From positions 2,592 to 66,591 of the forward strand of contig CAYWVZ010000005.1 in NCBI GenBank assembly GCA_964462215.1: DNA of 64,000 bases. The letters are read 5' to 3'. The notes under the pieces were generated by a model, which was given only the letters and a program-made list of their open reading frames with translations, was not told the origin of the DNA and searched no databases. This stretch comes from an uncultured Candidatus Saccharibacteria bacterium. GTDB lineage: Bacteria > Patescibacteriota > Saccharimonadia > Saccharimonadales > JAUPVS01. The position numbers were made by a program, and so were the translations under genes. Positions 41,546 to 51,176 of the stretch are shown here, piece after piece; positions within the stretch are counted from its first letter, which is position 1; every line of letters starts with the position of its first letter.

Positions 41546-42825
41546 AACACACCGTCAGTGAACTGAAGCTGAAAAACGGGGTGAGGGGCTTGCTGGTACA
41601 CATACCGGACGCGAGTGTCATGACGTTCGACCTGAATTTCAGGGCCGGTGAATGTCTGGTCGAAAAAAGGTTGTGGGAAACGCCGCACCTGATGGAACAT
41701 GTATTGCTCGGTGCTAATCAGCTGATCCCGAGGGCGCGGGCGTTCCAGGCGGAATTCGAAAAAAACGGCGCTTATTCTAACGCTTCGACCGGCAGCTACG
41801 ATATCACCTATGAAGCCGAGTGTGCCGATTTTGAATGGGAACGTATCCTTGACTTGTTGCTCGTGGCTATCACTAAGCCGTTATTTTTGGCCGACGAGTT
41901 CGCGGCCGAGTTCGGCAACGTGCGCGAGGAGCTGACGGCCCGTTCCAATAATCATTTTCGGCATTTAAGCCTGGCGTTGCGCGAAGCCTACGGCTTTAAG
42001 GCTTTGACCGACCAGGAGCGGTTGCGCCTTATGAAAAACGTCACCCTGCAAGACGTGCAAGACCATTACCGAGCGACACATACCAGCAGTAACGTGCGTT
42101 TCGTTATTGCCGGCAACCTGAACCCGGAGCGCCGGGCCATTATCAAAAAGGTTTTTGGCTCAATCGAACTGCCGGAAGGCGGGGGGCGTATCGAATTGCC
42201 GGTTGAAGTACCGCATAGTCTGACTAAACCGTTATATATTCCCAACAATACCGTCGATAACGTCTATTTCTATATAGATACCTTTAAACAGCGGCGCCTG
42301 ACCGACCCGGAAGCGGACGCCCTGGGCCTACTCAACACTATGCTGACCGAGACGTTATACTCGCGCATTTTGGGTACTGCCCGGGAGCGCGGCCTGCTGT
42401 ATGACATGACCTCCGGCTACACCCAAACCCGCGACAGCAGCAATTGGTGGTTTGGTGCCCAGGTTATGCCGCGTAACGCCAAGGCCCTGTTCGACATTAT
42501 TATCGGCGAATTAAGAATGCTGTGCGAGGGCGGCTTGGCCGACGAAGACGTCCAGGCTGCCAAGCAGTACGTTATCGGCCGCTACCAGCGCAGCGCCCAG
42601 ACCGTAGGCGGTACCGCCAACGGCTATGCCCATCGTTACTTCTTTGATGAACATATCGAAGATTATTACCAGTTGTCGCAGCGCGTCAAAGCCATTACCA
42701 AAAATCGGGTCATTAAAGTTGCCAACACCATGTTCGAAGATAAAGTTTGGGGCTTTGGCTGTCTAAGTAACATCGGTGACGCCCGGACCGACAAACTCTA
42801 TAAACAAATTAGTACCCTTTGGTAG
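41542..42825 (+). CDS. M16 (pitrilysin/insulinase) family peptidase
   Basis: The inverted zinc motif HLMEH is present. The GTG start overlaps the secA stop (GTGA). Confidence 0.8.
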   Translation: MKHTVSELKLKNGVRGLLVHIPDASVMTFDLNFRAGECLVEKRLWETPHLMEHVLLGANQLIPRARAFQAEFEKNGAYSNASTGSYDITYEAECADFEWERILDLLLVAITKPLFLADEFAAEFGNVREELTARSNNHFRHLSLALREAYGFKALTDQERLRLMKNVTLQDVQDHYRATHTSSNVRFVIAGNLNPERRAIIKKVFGSIELPEGGGRIELPVEVPHSLTKPLYIPNNTVDNVYFYIDTFKQRRLTDPEADALGLLNTMLTETLYSRILGTARERGLLYDMTSGYTQTRDSSNWWFGAQVMPRNAKALFDIIIGELRMLCEGGLADEDVQAAKQYVIGRYQRSAQTVGGTANGYAHRYFFDEHIEDYYQLSQRVKAITKNRVIKVANTMFEDKVWGFGCLSNIGDARTDKLYKQISTLW

Positions 42826-42885
42826 CCGCTATATAATCCGCTTATGGTATGATACATTTATACGTAATAATAAGTGAGATTAACC

Positions 42886-43320
42886 ATGCCTCCACAAGAC
42901 CCAACCAACCCTAATCCGAGTCCTATGCCGGATACACCGGTGCAGCCGGCCGTCGATCCGTTAAGCCCGTTGCCGCCAAACCCGGCTGGCGGGTTCGCAG
43001 CCAACCAGCCGCCCGCGGATGCCGCGGTGCCGCCGCAGCCCGTTGCCGCACCAGCACCTGATCCAGCGCCAAGCCCGGTACCCGATTTTACCGTGCCGCC
43101 GCAGCCGCCGGCCGGCCCGACTACGTCCGACCCGGCCGCTACGCCGCTGCCGATTACAGCCCAGCCCGCACCAACTAAAGGCGGTAAAAAAGGCCTTCTA
43201 ATCGCTATCATTGTCGGTGCCGTGTTCATTGTGCTACTGCTGTTGGTGGTCATATTATTTGCCAAACCCTCTAATTCGGGCGGCAATACTATCAACCAAG
43301 ACACCACGATACCGCAGTAG
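42886..43320 (+). CDS. Proline-rich protein with a single C-proximal TM helix
   Basis: The first ~105 aa are P/A-rich low complexity. They are followed by KKGLLIAIIVGAVFIVLLLLVVILF. An alternative GTG start lies at 42874. Confidence 0.55.
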   Translation: MPPQDPTNPNPSPMPDTPVQPAVDPLSPLPPNPAGGFAANQPPADAAVPPQPVAAPAPDPAPSPVPDFTVPPQPPAGPTTSDPAATPLPITAQPAPTKGGKKGLLIAIIVGAVFIVLLLLVVILFAKPSNSGGNTINQDTTIPQ

Positions 43321-43325
43321 TACGG

Positions 43326-43331
43326 TATAAT
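43326..43331 (+). promoter_or_regulatory. TATAAT box 9 nt upstream of the prfB ATG (leaderless-type)
   Basis: The sequence reads acggTATAATctgccgtagATG. Confidence 0.4.
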
Positions 43332-43340
43332 CTGCCGTAG

Positions 43341-44432
43341 ATGCAGGAACTGGTTACCCAACTTAAACAATTACAAACCGCCGTGGCTGACGCCCTGGAG
43401 CGGCTGCAGCTTGATGCCCTGGAGGCGGAGCTACAGACGTTGCAAGTCCAGAGCCAGGCGCCCGACTTTTGGTCAAACCAAACCAAAGCCCAAGCTGTTA
43501 TGCAGCGCCAGGCCAAACTGCAGGCCCGGATTGAGCCGTGGCGCCAGCTGCAGAAGCAGGTAGGCGAGGCCTTAGAGCTGGCCGGGCTGGAGGATGCCAG
43601 CGTCCAAAAAGAGCTGGAACAGCAACGGGCAGATCTGTCCACGACCTTTAGTAATCTCAAGCAAGAACTGCAATTTAGCGGGCCGTACGACGACAATGAC
43701 GTTATTATAAGTATCCACGCCGGTGCCGGCGGTACCGATGCCCAGGATTGGGCGCAGATGCTGCTGCGGATGTACGTTCGTTGGGCCGAACAGCACGGCT
43801 ACACGGTTACGACCATTGACCAGTCTGCCGGCGAAGAAGCCGGTATCAAAAGCGCCACGCTGGAAGTCAGCGGCCCTTTTGCTTACGGTAAGCTACAGGG
43901 TGAGCACGGCGTCCACCGTCTGGTCCGCCTAAGCCCCTTTAACTCCGACAACTTGCGCCAGACCAGTTTCGCCAAAATCGAAATATTGCCCAAAATCGAG
44001 AGCCCCGAGGCCCTGGAAATCGACGACAAAGACCTCAAAATCGACGTCTACCGCAGCGGCGGCCACGGCGGCCAATCGGTCAACACCACCGATTCGGCAG
44101 TACGGGTAACACATCTGCCCACTGGCATTACCGTGGCTATCCAAAACGAGCGTTCCCAGCTGCAAAACAAAGAAACAGCTCTAACCATTGTGCGCTCACG
44201 CCTGGCCCAACTCCAGGCCGAACAGCACCTCGAAAAATTAAGCGAACTTAAAGGTCCGAACCAGTCGGCCGAGTGGGGAAACCAAATCCGCAGCTATGTG
44301 CTGCATCCGTACAAACAAGTCAAAGATTTACGCACCCGCTACGAAACCAGTGATGTCACGGGCGTTTTAGGCGGCAAGCTTGACCCGCTTATCGAAGCCT
44401 ACTTGGAATATAGTTTGTCTGATAAGCACTAG
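43341..44432 (+). CDS. prfB: Peptide chain release factor 2, encoded in one continuous frame (no programmed +1 frameshift)
   Basis: It has the SPF tripeptide (RLSPFNS) and the GGQ motif ([12 protein letters not shown]). The 363-aa protein comes from a single ORF. Confidence 0.95.
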   Translation: MQELVTQLKQLQTAVADALERLQLDALEAELQTLQVQSQAPDFWSNQTKAQAVMQRQAKLQARIEPWRQLQKQVGEALELAGLEDASVQKELEQQRADLSTTFSNLKQELQFSGPYDDNDVIISIHAGAGGTDAQDWAQMLLRMYVRWAEQHGYTVTTIDQSAGEEAGIKSATLEVSGPFAYGKLQGEHGVHRLVRLSPFNSDNLRQTSFAKIEILPKIESPEALEIDDKDLKIDVYRSGGHGGQSVNTTDSAVRVTHLPTGITVAIQNERSQLQNKETALTIVRSRLAQLQAEQHLEKLSELKGPNQSAEWGNQIRSYVLHPYKQVKDLRTRYETSDVTGVLGGKLDPLIEAYLEYSLSDKH

Positions 44433-44437
44433 CGTCC

Positions 44438-44443
44438 TATAAT
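44438..44443 (+). promoter_or_regulatory. TATAAT box 7 nt upstream of the ftsE ATG (leaderless-type)
   Basis: The sequence reads gtccTATAATagatacgATG. Confidence 0.4.
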
Positions 44444-44450
44444 AGATACG

Positions 44451-45137
44451 ATGATTCTGCTGGACAGAGTAACAAAAGTATATGGAAAAGGTGCGGCGCC
44501 GGCGCTCGACCGGGTTAGTCTGCATGTTGAGGCGCGTGAGTTCGTGATCGTCGTCGGTCCCAGCGGTGCCGGTAAATCGACCCTGCTTAAATTATTGACC
44601 CGTGAAGAGAAGCCTAGCAGCGGCAAGATTATCGTCGGCGGCATCGACTACGACAAACTCAAAGACAAAGAAATCCCATATTTACGGCGGCGCATCGGTA
44701 CGGTTTTCCAGGACTTTAAACTTCTGCCCAATAAGACCGTTTTCGAGAACGTCGCCTTTGCCCTGGAAATCGTTGGCACCGGCAACAAAGAAATCCGCCA
44801 TACGGTGCCGCGGGTGTTGGATATTGTCGGCCTGAAGGGTAAAGAGAAGCGCATGCCGCTGGAGCTGTCGGGCGGCGAACGCCAGCGCGTAGCTATTGCC
44901 CGGGCCATTGCCCGCCAGCCCAAGATCTTAATCGCCGACGAACCTACCGGTAACCTCGACCCCAAACATGCGTGGGACGTGGTAAAAGTGCTCGAAAAAA
45001 TTAACCAGTATGGCACCACCGTACTGCTAACTACTCACAACCAAGATATTGTCAACAAATTGAAGCGGCGAGTCATTACCATCAAAGACGGTAAAATTGC
45101 CAGCGACCGGGCCGGCGGGGGGTATAAGAACTCATGA
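44451..45137 (+). CDS. ftsE: Cell-division ABC ATPase FtsE
   Basis: It has Walker A GPSGAGKST, the signature LSGGERQRVAIARA, and Walker B ILIADEPTGNLD. Confidence 0.9.
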   Translation: MILLDRVTKVYGKGAAPALDRVSLHVEAREFVIVVGPSGAGKSTLLKLLTREEKPSSGKIIVGGIDYDKLKDKEIPYLRRRIGTVFQDFKLLPNKTVFENVAFALEIVGTGNKEIRHTVPRVLDIVGLKGKEKRMPLELSGGERQRVAIARAIARQPKILIADEPTGNLDPKHAWDVVKVLEKINQYGTTVLLTTHNQDIVNKLKRRVITIKDGKIASDRAGGGYKNS

Positions 45138-46078
45138 AACGCCGAATGATCGTTTTGGGCCGGGTTATCAAGGCCGGCGGCGTTAACTTCATCCGTAACG
45201 CCTGGCTGGCTATTGCTGCTATTGCCGTCATGGTGATTACGCTTAGTATTGTATTGTTTTCGGTTATCGCCAGCGCTACGTTCAACAACACCATTACCCA
45301 AATTACCGATCGCATCGATGTGTCGGTGTATCTGCAGGACGATATCACCAACCAGCAGCGCGATCAGCTGGTGACGCAAATCAACCAACTTAACACCGTT
45401 AAATCGGTGGCGTATGTTTCCAAAGACGAAGCTCTGGAAGTATATAAAGCCGCTAACCAGGATAACCCCGACTTGTTGGTGGCGATCTCGCAAACCGACA
45501 ACCCGCTGCCGGCCAGCCTGCGCATCCAACCTGTTGACCCGGATAACCTCAACGAACTGAAAACCTTTTTGGAACAACCCGACATTCTGGCCTTGCAATC
45601 GGACGAAACCTCGTACTCCGGCGACCGCAAAGAGGCTATCGATAAGATTGCCAGCGCTACCAGCTTCTTCCAAACGGCGGGCCTGGTAGGGATTATTGTC
45701 TTTACGGTTATTTCTATGCTGATTATCTTTAATACCATCCGTATGGCTATTTTCAACCGGCGCGACGAACTCAATATTATGCGCTTGCTGGGTGCCAGTA
45801 CCTGGTATATCCGCGGGCCGTTCATCGTCGAGACTATTCTGTACGGCTTTATTGCGGCGGCTATTTCGGTATTGCTCTGCAACCTGTTGTTCGCGGTTTC
45901 TTCGACGGCCTTTGAGGCCAGCAGCCTGGGGCTGCTGGACATCAGCTACGCCAACACCTACTTCACCGGCCACTACTGGCTGATATTGACCGGGCAAATC
46001 GCTATTGGTATAATTATCGGAGCCGTATCGTCCTACTTTGCCACGCGGCGCTACCTCAAATTTAAAACCAGTAAATAA
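45134..46078 (+). CDS. ftsX: Cell-division permease-like protein FtsX
   Basis: Four TM helices and a large first extracellular loop are present. There is an ATGA overlap with ftsE. Confidence 0.85.
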   Translation: MKRRMIVLGRVIKAGGVNFIRNAWLAIAAIAVMVITLSIVLFSVIASATFNNTITQITDRIDVSVYLQDDITNQQRDQLVTQINQLNTVKSVAYVSKDEALEVYKAANQDNPDLLVAISQTDNPLPASLRIQPVDPDNLNELKTFLEQPDILALQSDETSYSGDRKEAIDKIASATSFFQTAGLVGIIVFTVISMLIIFNTIRMAIFNRRDELNIMRLLGASTWYIRGPFIVETILYGFIAAAISVLLCNLLFAVSSTAFEASSLGLLDISYANTYFTGHYWLILTGQIAIGIIIGAVSSYFATRRYLKFKTSK

Positions 46079-46140
46079 CAACACAATAAACAGTACGAAA
46101 CACTATAATCTAATTATTGCAACGCGTTGCAGGGTGTGGT

Positions 46141-47334
46141 ATGATCAAAGTGTTCATGCTAAAACAAAAACTCAAACATATTAAAACACTCCCGCGTAAA
46201 ACTGCCCTGATTAGTCTGGCAGTAGCGGCTGTTTTTGGTTTGAGCCTGCTGGGCGGCGCCTTAGTGTCTTCACAGTCGCTGCAGGAGCAGATTAATAATT
46301 TACGTTCCGAAAACAACCAAAAACGCGAAGCCCAGTACAGCCTGGGGCAAGAAGCGCTCGACCTTAATGACAAAATCAGCAAACTGCAAGCCCAGATCGA
46401 CAGTTTGCAAGCCAAGATCAACGACAACCAAAGCCGCAGCGAAGATTTACAGAAACAGATCGAAACCGCCGAAGCCGAACTAGCCAAGCAGAAGAAAGTC
46501 CTGGGCAACAATATCCGGCAAATGTACCTAGAAGGCCAAATCAGTACGCTGGAGATGCTGGCGTCCAGCAAAAACATTAGTGAATTCGTTGACAAGCAGC
46601 AGTACCGAAACGCCGTCAAAGATAAAATCAAGGCAACGCTCGATAAAATCACTGAGCTTAAACACCAGCTGCGCAGCCAGCGCGACGAAGTCGAAAAATT
46701 ACTGGCCGAACAAAAACTGGCCCAGAGCGAACTGGGAGCCCAGCGGGGCGAGCAAAACAACCTATTGTCACTAAACGAAGGCCAACGCAGCCAGCTGGAT
46801 AGCGAAATCAAACAAAACGCCGGTCGGATCGCCGAACTGCAACGCCAGCAGGTGCTGGAAAACGCCCGTTTGTTTGGCGGCAGCGTACCGTCGGGCATAC
46901 CGGGCGGCGGCGGTTACCCATGGGGCGATGCCGGCTGTCTGCACGCCGGTTACCCCGATGCCCAATGTCCTAATTATGACTGGGGCTATCCGGGCTATGG
47001 CATGTGGGACAGCTGGGGGTACGGGTACCGTAACTGTACCAGTTGGGTAGCCTTCAAGGTTGCTTCATCCGGCCGCTATATGCCCTCCGGCCTTGGCAAC
47101 GCCAATAACTGGCCCGGCAACGCCGCGGCCCGCGGTTATAGCGTTAGTTATGGCGAAGGCGCTCGTGTCGGAGACGCCGCCGTTAATCCCAATGGTTTTT
47201 ATGGCCACGTCATGTATGTGGAGGCCGTCGAAGGCAATACCGTCTACGTCAGCGACTACAACGCCGGCGGCGACGGCTACTACCGCGGCCCGCGGCCCGT
47301 TTCGGCCAGCGGCCTGGTCTTCATTCATTTCTAG
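46141..47334 (+). CDS. PcsB-like peptidoglycan hydrolase: signal/TM segment, long coiled coil, C-terminal CHAP domain
   Basis: The coiled coil is Q/E/K/L-rich (roughly residues 40-230). The CHAP region contains NCTSWVAF (Cys) and YGHVMYVEAV (His). Confidence 0.75.
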   Translation: MIKVFMLKQKLKHIKTLPRKTALISLAVAAVFGLSLLGGALVSSQSLQEQINNLRSENNQKREAQYSLGQEALDLNDKISKLQAQIDSLQAKINDNQSRSEDLQKQIETAEAELAKQKKVLGNNIRQMYLEGQISTLEMLASSKNISEFVDKQQYRNAVKDKIKATLDKITELKHQLRSQRDEVEKLLAEQKLAQSELGAQRGEQNNLLSLNEGQRSQLDSEIKQNAGRIAELQRQQVLENARLFGGSVPSGIPGGGGYPWGDAGCLHAGYPDAQCPNYDWGYPGYGMWDSWGYGYRNCTSWVAFKVASSGRYMPSGLGNANNWPGNAAARGYSVSYGEGARVGDAAVNPNGFYGHVMYVEAVEGNTVYVSDYNAGGDGYYRGPRPVSASGLVFIHF

Positions 47335-47396
47335 AATAAAACCCGCCAGTGTGCGATAATAGGCAGGTCAATTGCTAAAACCTGGAGGGTAGGGGA

Positions 47397-48620
47397 TTGC
47401 AAACCCGCGTTGAGCCACCGGCTCACAAAACAAAACGTTTCAAGTTAAAACCGTGGCTCAAAATTACGCTGAGCGTGGTGGTGGCTGTTGGTATCTTTGT
47501 TGCCGGCTGGGGCGTAGGCAGCGGCCGTATCGGTGTAGCTGCTTTTGGCGGCCCGCAGTCATTGAATAAACAATTACCTAACTCGCTCGACTTTAGCTCG
47601 GTTAACATGGTTTACCAGGCGCTCAAAGGTAATTTTGACGGCGAACTGAGCGAGCAGGAACTGCTCGACGGCCTAAAATCCGGCCTGGTCAAAGCCGCCG
47701 GTGACCCGTACACCGAATATCTCAACGAAGATCGATATGATGAGTTCAGTGACGCGCTGAACGGGTCTTTTGAGGGAATCGGGGCGGAGTTGGGCCAAGA
47801 CGACGACGGTAATATAGAAGTTGTCGCCCCGATTTCGGGGTATCCGGCCGAAAAAGCCGGCTTGCGGGGCGGTGATATCATCATCAAAGTCGACGACACC
47901 TTTACGACCGGCATGACCGTAACTGAGGCTGTTGAAAAAATCCGCGGACCCAAAGACACTACTGTAACGTTAACAGTTATCCGCGGCGGCCAGCAACTGG
48001 AGCTGGCTATTACGCGCGACACCATTGTCACTCCCAGCGTCCATTGGGAAGTAGAGGGCGGCATCGGTTACATGCAGATAAGCCGCTTTAACGCCGAAAC
48101 GGGGCGCTTGGCGCGCCAGGCCGCCGAAGACTTTAAGCAACAGAACGTTACGGGCGTAGTGGTCGACCTGCGCAATAATATCGGCGGCCTGACTACCGGC
48201 GCCGTCGACATATCCAGCCTATGGCTGCCGAAGGGCACTGTCGTCCTGACGGAGCGCCGCGGCGGCGATATTATTGCGACTATGCGGGCCACCGGGGATC
48301 CTGTTCTGCAAGGCATTCCGGCAGTTGTCTTAATTAACGGCGGCACCGCCAGCTCGGCCGAAATTGTCGCCGGCGCTCTGCATGACAACGGCGCAGCTAC
48401 TCTGGTCGGAACCAAGACCTACGGCAAAGGCAGCGTCCAAAAGCTGGTCAACGTAGGCAGCGGCGGGGTGCTTAAAGTTACCGTAGCCCGTTGGTACACA
48501 CCGGATGGCAAAAACATCGACAAAGAAGGTATAACCCCCGACAAAGAAGTTACTATCAGCGAAGAAGATATCCAAAACGGCCGCGACCCGCAAGAAGCCG
48601 CCGCGCTGGAAAATCTCTGA
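47397..48620 (+). CDS. S41 family C-terminal processing peptidase (CtpA/Prc-like) with a PDZ domain
   Basis: An N-terminal TM helix is followed by a PDZ region (GYPAEKAGLRGGDIIIKVD). Family motifs include VVDLRNNIGG, GGTASSAEIVAGAL and TYGKGSVQ. The TTG start has GGAGG 8 nt upstream. Confidence 0.85.
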   Translation: MQTRVEPPAHKTKRFKLKPWLKITLSVVVAVGIFVAGWGVGSGRIGVAAFGGPQSLNKQLPNSLDFSSVNMVYQALKGNFDGELSEQELLDGLKSGLVKAAGDPYTEYLNEDRYDEFSDALNGSFEGIGAELGQDDDGNIEVVAPISGYPAEKAGLRGGDIIIKVDDTFTTGMTVTEAVEKIRGPKDTTVTLTVIRGGQQLELAITRDTIVTPSVHWEVEGGIGYMQISRFNAETGRLARQAAEDFKQQNVTGVVVDLRNNIGGLTTGAVDISSLWLPKGTVVLTERRGGDIIATMRATGDPVLQGIPAVVLINGGTASSAEIVAGALHDNGAATLVGTKTYGKGSVQKLVNVGSGGVLKVTVARWYTPDGKNIDKEGITPDKEVTISEEDIQNGRDPQEAAALENL

Positions 48621-48667
48621 CGACTGTGTTATTCTCGAGATTGAAAAACAGGAGAGGTGTATAAGCG

Positions 48668-50269
48668 GTGGCAAAACGACCGACTAAGTTCATTTTTGTA
48701 ACAGGTGGTGTGCTTTCCGGACTCGGCAAGGGCATTACCGCCGCCTCCATCGGTAACCTCTTAAAAGCCCGCGGCCTCAAAGTCAACCTGCAAAAGTGCG
48801 ACCCCTACCTTAACACCGATGCCGGTACGCTGAACCCGGCCGAACATGGCGAATGCTTTGTTACCCGCGACGGTGCCGAAACTGATCTCGACCTCGGCCA
48901 CTATGAACGATTCTTAGACCAGGAGTTAACCCAAGCCAGCTCCCTAATGAGCGGCCGGGTGCTCAGCAGGGTTATTAAAGACGAACGCGACGGCAAGTAC
49001 CTCGGCCAGACCGTCCAATTTATTCCGCACGTGACCACAGCCAGCCAGGCAGAGATCATGAAGGCTGCCGAGGGCTTCGACGTGCAAATTGTCGAAATCG
49101 GCGGTACCGTCGGCGACTACGAGGGCCTTAGCTTCCTGGAAGCCATCCGCGAACTGTCGCTTAAAATCGGCCGCGACAACTGTATGTTTGTGCACGTTGT
49201 TTATATGCCGTACTTGGGCGCCAGCCACGAGTTCAAGACCAAGCCGGCCCAGAACGCCGTGCGCGAGTTACGGGGCCTGGGCATCGTCCCCGACGTACTG
49301 GTGGTGCGCAGCGAAGAGCCGGCTCTGCCCTCGGTCGTCAACAAACTGAGCCTGTTTTCCGGGATTTCGGCCGAAGCCATTGCTTTGCTGCCCAACGCCA
49401 ACAGTATTTACGAGGTGCCGCTGACGCTCGAGGATACCGGTATCGCCAACGTTATCTGCCGGCGTTTGGGGCTAAAAGTCCGCAAGCCCAACCTCAAAGC
49501 GTGGCGCGACGTTGTGCAGCGGGCCACCAGGCGTCAGCCGCACAAGGTCAAGGTAGGCGTGGTCGCCAAATACCTCGACAATCAAGACACCTACATGTCG
49601 GTATTCGAGGCATTGCGGGCCGCCGGCTGGTGGAATGATACAGAAGTCGTTTTACAGTGGATTGATGCCGAAAAAATCGAAAAGAAAGGTGCTGCGGCAA
49701 CTCTGGCTAAACTGGATGGGGTAGTCGTGCCCGGCGGGTTCGGTACGCGCGGTTTGGAAGGTAAAATTCAGGCGGCCCAATATTGCCTGAAGCACAAGAA
49801 GCCGTATCTGGGGCTGTGTTTGGGCCTGCAAATGGCCGTTATCGCTGCCGCCCGCAATGCCGGCCTGGCCGATGCCACCACCGTTGAGCTCGACTCCGCC
49901 AGCCCGGCCCAGGTTATCAATATCATGAACGGTCAAGAGGGCAAACAAAACACCGGCGGCACCATGCGGCTGGGCGACTATCCATGTTTGCTGGCCAAAG
50001 GCAGCAAAGTTGCCAAGCTTTACGGTACTACTAAAATCGTCGAACGCCACCGCCACCGCTACGAATGCAACAATGATTACCGCGATGAGTACGAAGAATG
50101 GGGTATCCGCGCCGTCGGTTTGTCGCCGGACCACCATTTGGTCGAAATCATCGAAGCCACCGACCACCCCTTTATGGTCGCCAGCCAGTTCCATCCGGAA
50201 TTCAAGTCCCGGCCCAACCGGCCGCACCCTATGTTCGACGGCTTTATTAAAGCACTGTTGCAGAAATAG
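48668..50269 (+). CDS. pyrG: CTP synthase
   Basis: The N-terminus reads KFIFVTGGVLSGLGKGI. A C-terminal glutamine amidotransferase domain is present (GLCLGLQ; HRHRYE). The start codon is GTG. Confidence 0.95.
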   Translation: MAKRPTKFIFVTGGVLSGLGKGITAASIGNLLKARGLKVNLQKCDPYLNTDAGTLNPAEHGECFVTRDGAETDLDLGHYERFLDQELTQASSLMSGRVLSRVIKDERDGKYLGQTVQFIPHVTTASQAEIMKAAEGFDVQIVEIGGTVGDYEGLSFLEAIRELSLKIGRDNCMFVHVVYMPYLGASHEFKTKPAQNAVRELRGLGIVPDVLVVRSEEPALPSVVNKLSLFSGISAEAIALLPNANSIYEVPLTLEDTGIANVICRRLGLKVRKPNLKAWRDVVQRATRRQPHKVKVGVVAKYLDNQDTYMSVFEALRAAGWWNDTEVVLQWIDAEKIEKKGAAATLAKLDGVVVPGGFGTRGLEGKIQAAQYCLKHKKPYLGLCLGLQMAVIAAARNAGLADATTVELDSASPAQVINIMNGQEGKQNTGGTMRLGDYPCLLAKGSKVAKLYGTTKIVERHRHRYECNNDYRDEYEEWGIRAVGLSPDHHLVEIIEATDHPFMVASQFHPEFKSRPNRPHPMFDGFIKALLQK

Positions 50270-50284
50270 GCGGAGTCTTGTAGC

Positions 50285-50707
50285 ATGAGCATTATGACCG
50301 ACCAACCCACAGCCGCACCGCCAGCCGATACTTCCAAGCACAAAATCCTGCTTGTCGAAGATGATGATGCCCTGGCCAGCGTGTACCAGACCCGCCTTCA
50401 GGCCGAAGGCTTTGAAATTAAGCGGGTACCCAACGGGGAAGACGCCTTATCGACCGCTTTGCAGTTCCGCCCGGACCTTATTCTGCTTGACGTTATGATG
50501 CCTAAAGTCAGCGGTTTTGACGTGCTGGACATCCTGCGCAACACGCCCGAAACCGCCAAAATCAAGGTCATCATGTTAACCGCCCTGAGCCAAGAAAGCG
50601 ACAAAGAGCGCGCCAGCAAACTGGGCGCCGACGATTACCTGGTTAAGTCGCAAGTAGTCATCGCCGACGTAATCGACCGTATCAACCACCATCTTGGTAT
50701 CCAATAA
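50285..50707 (+). CDS. Single-domain response regulator (CheY-like receiver) with intact phospho-acceptor residues
   Basis: Receiver motifs are intact: KILLVEDDD, DLILLDVMMP (Asp), VIMLTA (Thr) and DYLVKS (Lys). Confidence 0.85.
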   Translation: MSIMTDQPTAAPPADTSKHKILLVEDDDALASVYQTRLQAEGFEIKRVPNGEDALSTALQFRPDLILLDVMMPKVSGFDVLDILRNTPETAKIKVIMLTALSQESDKERASKLGADDYLVKSQVVIADVIDRINHHLGIQ

Positions 50708-50787
50708 CCCCTGTAGCGTTGACATATGTAAGCATAAGTGCTACTATGTTCTTTGTTATCACAAAACACATAAAAAAAGGAAACAGT

Positions 50788-51129
50788 ATGCAACCAACTG
50801 ACCCGACCGACCCAACAACTAACCCAGCTCCGGCTGACGATGTAGCTCCGGCCGCACCGGCTGCCGACAGCACACCGCAAGACACTCCCGCCGAGCCAGT
50901 CGCTCCGGAAGTATCTGAGCCTACCGTCGAAACACCGGTAGTTGGAGACGCAGCTCCGGTTGAGCCTGCCGCCGGTTCCGACGAACCGCAGCAACCCCTT
51001 GGCAATAGTGTCCCCGGCGAAGCTACTGCTCCGGCAGCCGAACCGGCCGCTCCGGCCACTGAAGCTCCGGCGCCTGTCGCCGAAGAGCCTGCCGCCGGTT
51101 CCGACGAACCGCAGCAATCAGCTCTCTAA
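50788..51129 (+). CDS. Pro/Ala/Glu-rich low-complexity protein with an internal 33-nt perfect direct repeat
   Basis: An AAGGA SD lies 7 nt upstream of ATG 50788. The sequence gagcctgccgccggttccgacgaaccgcagcaa occurs at both 50962-50994 and 51085-51117. Confidence 0.5.
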   Translation: MQPTDPTDPTTNPAPADDVAPAAPAADSTPQDTPAEPVAPEVSEPTVETPVVGDAAPVEPAAGSDEPQQPLGNSVPGEATAPAAEPAAPATEAPAPVAEEPAAGSDEPQQSAL

Positions 51130-51148
51130 GGTATTACGAGACGCGCGC

Positions 51149-51176
51149 AAAAGACCCTCTACGTAGAGGGTCTTTT
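51149..51176. terminator. Strong, potentially bidirectional intrinsic terminator
   Basis: The palindrome AAAAGACCCTCTAC/GTAGAGGGTCTTTT has an A-tract on one side and a T-tract on the other. Confidence 0.8.

Noticed and set aside
43341-43450. A programmed +1 frameshift site in prfB.
   Set aside because: The N-terminal region is continuous in one frame from ATG 43341, with no in-frame UGA and no CUU UGA motif.
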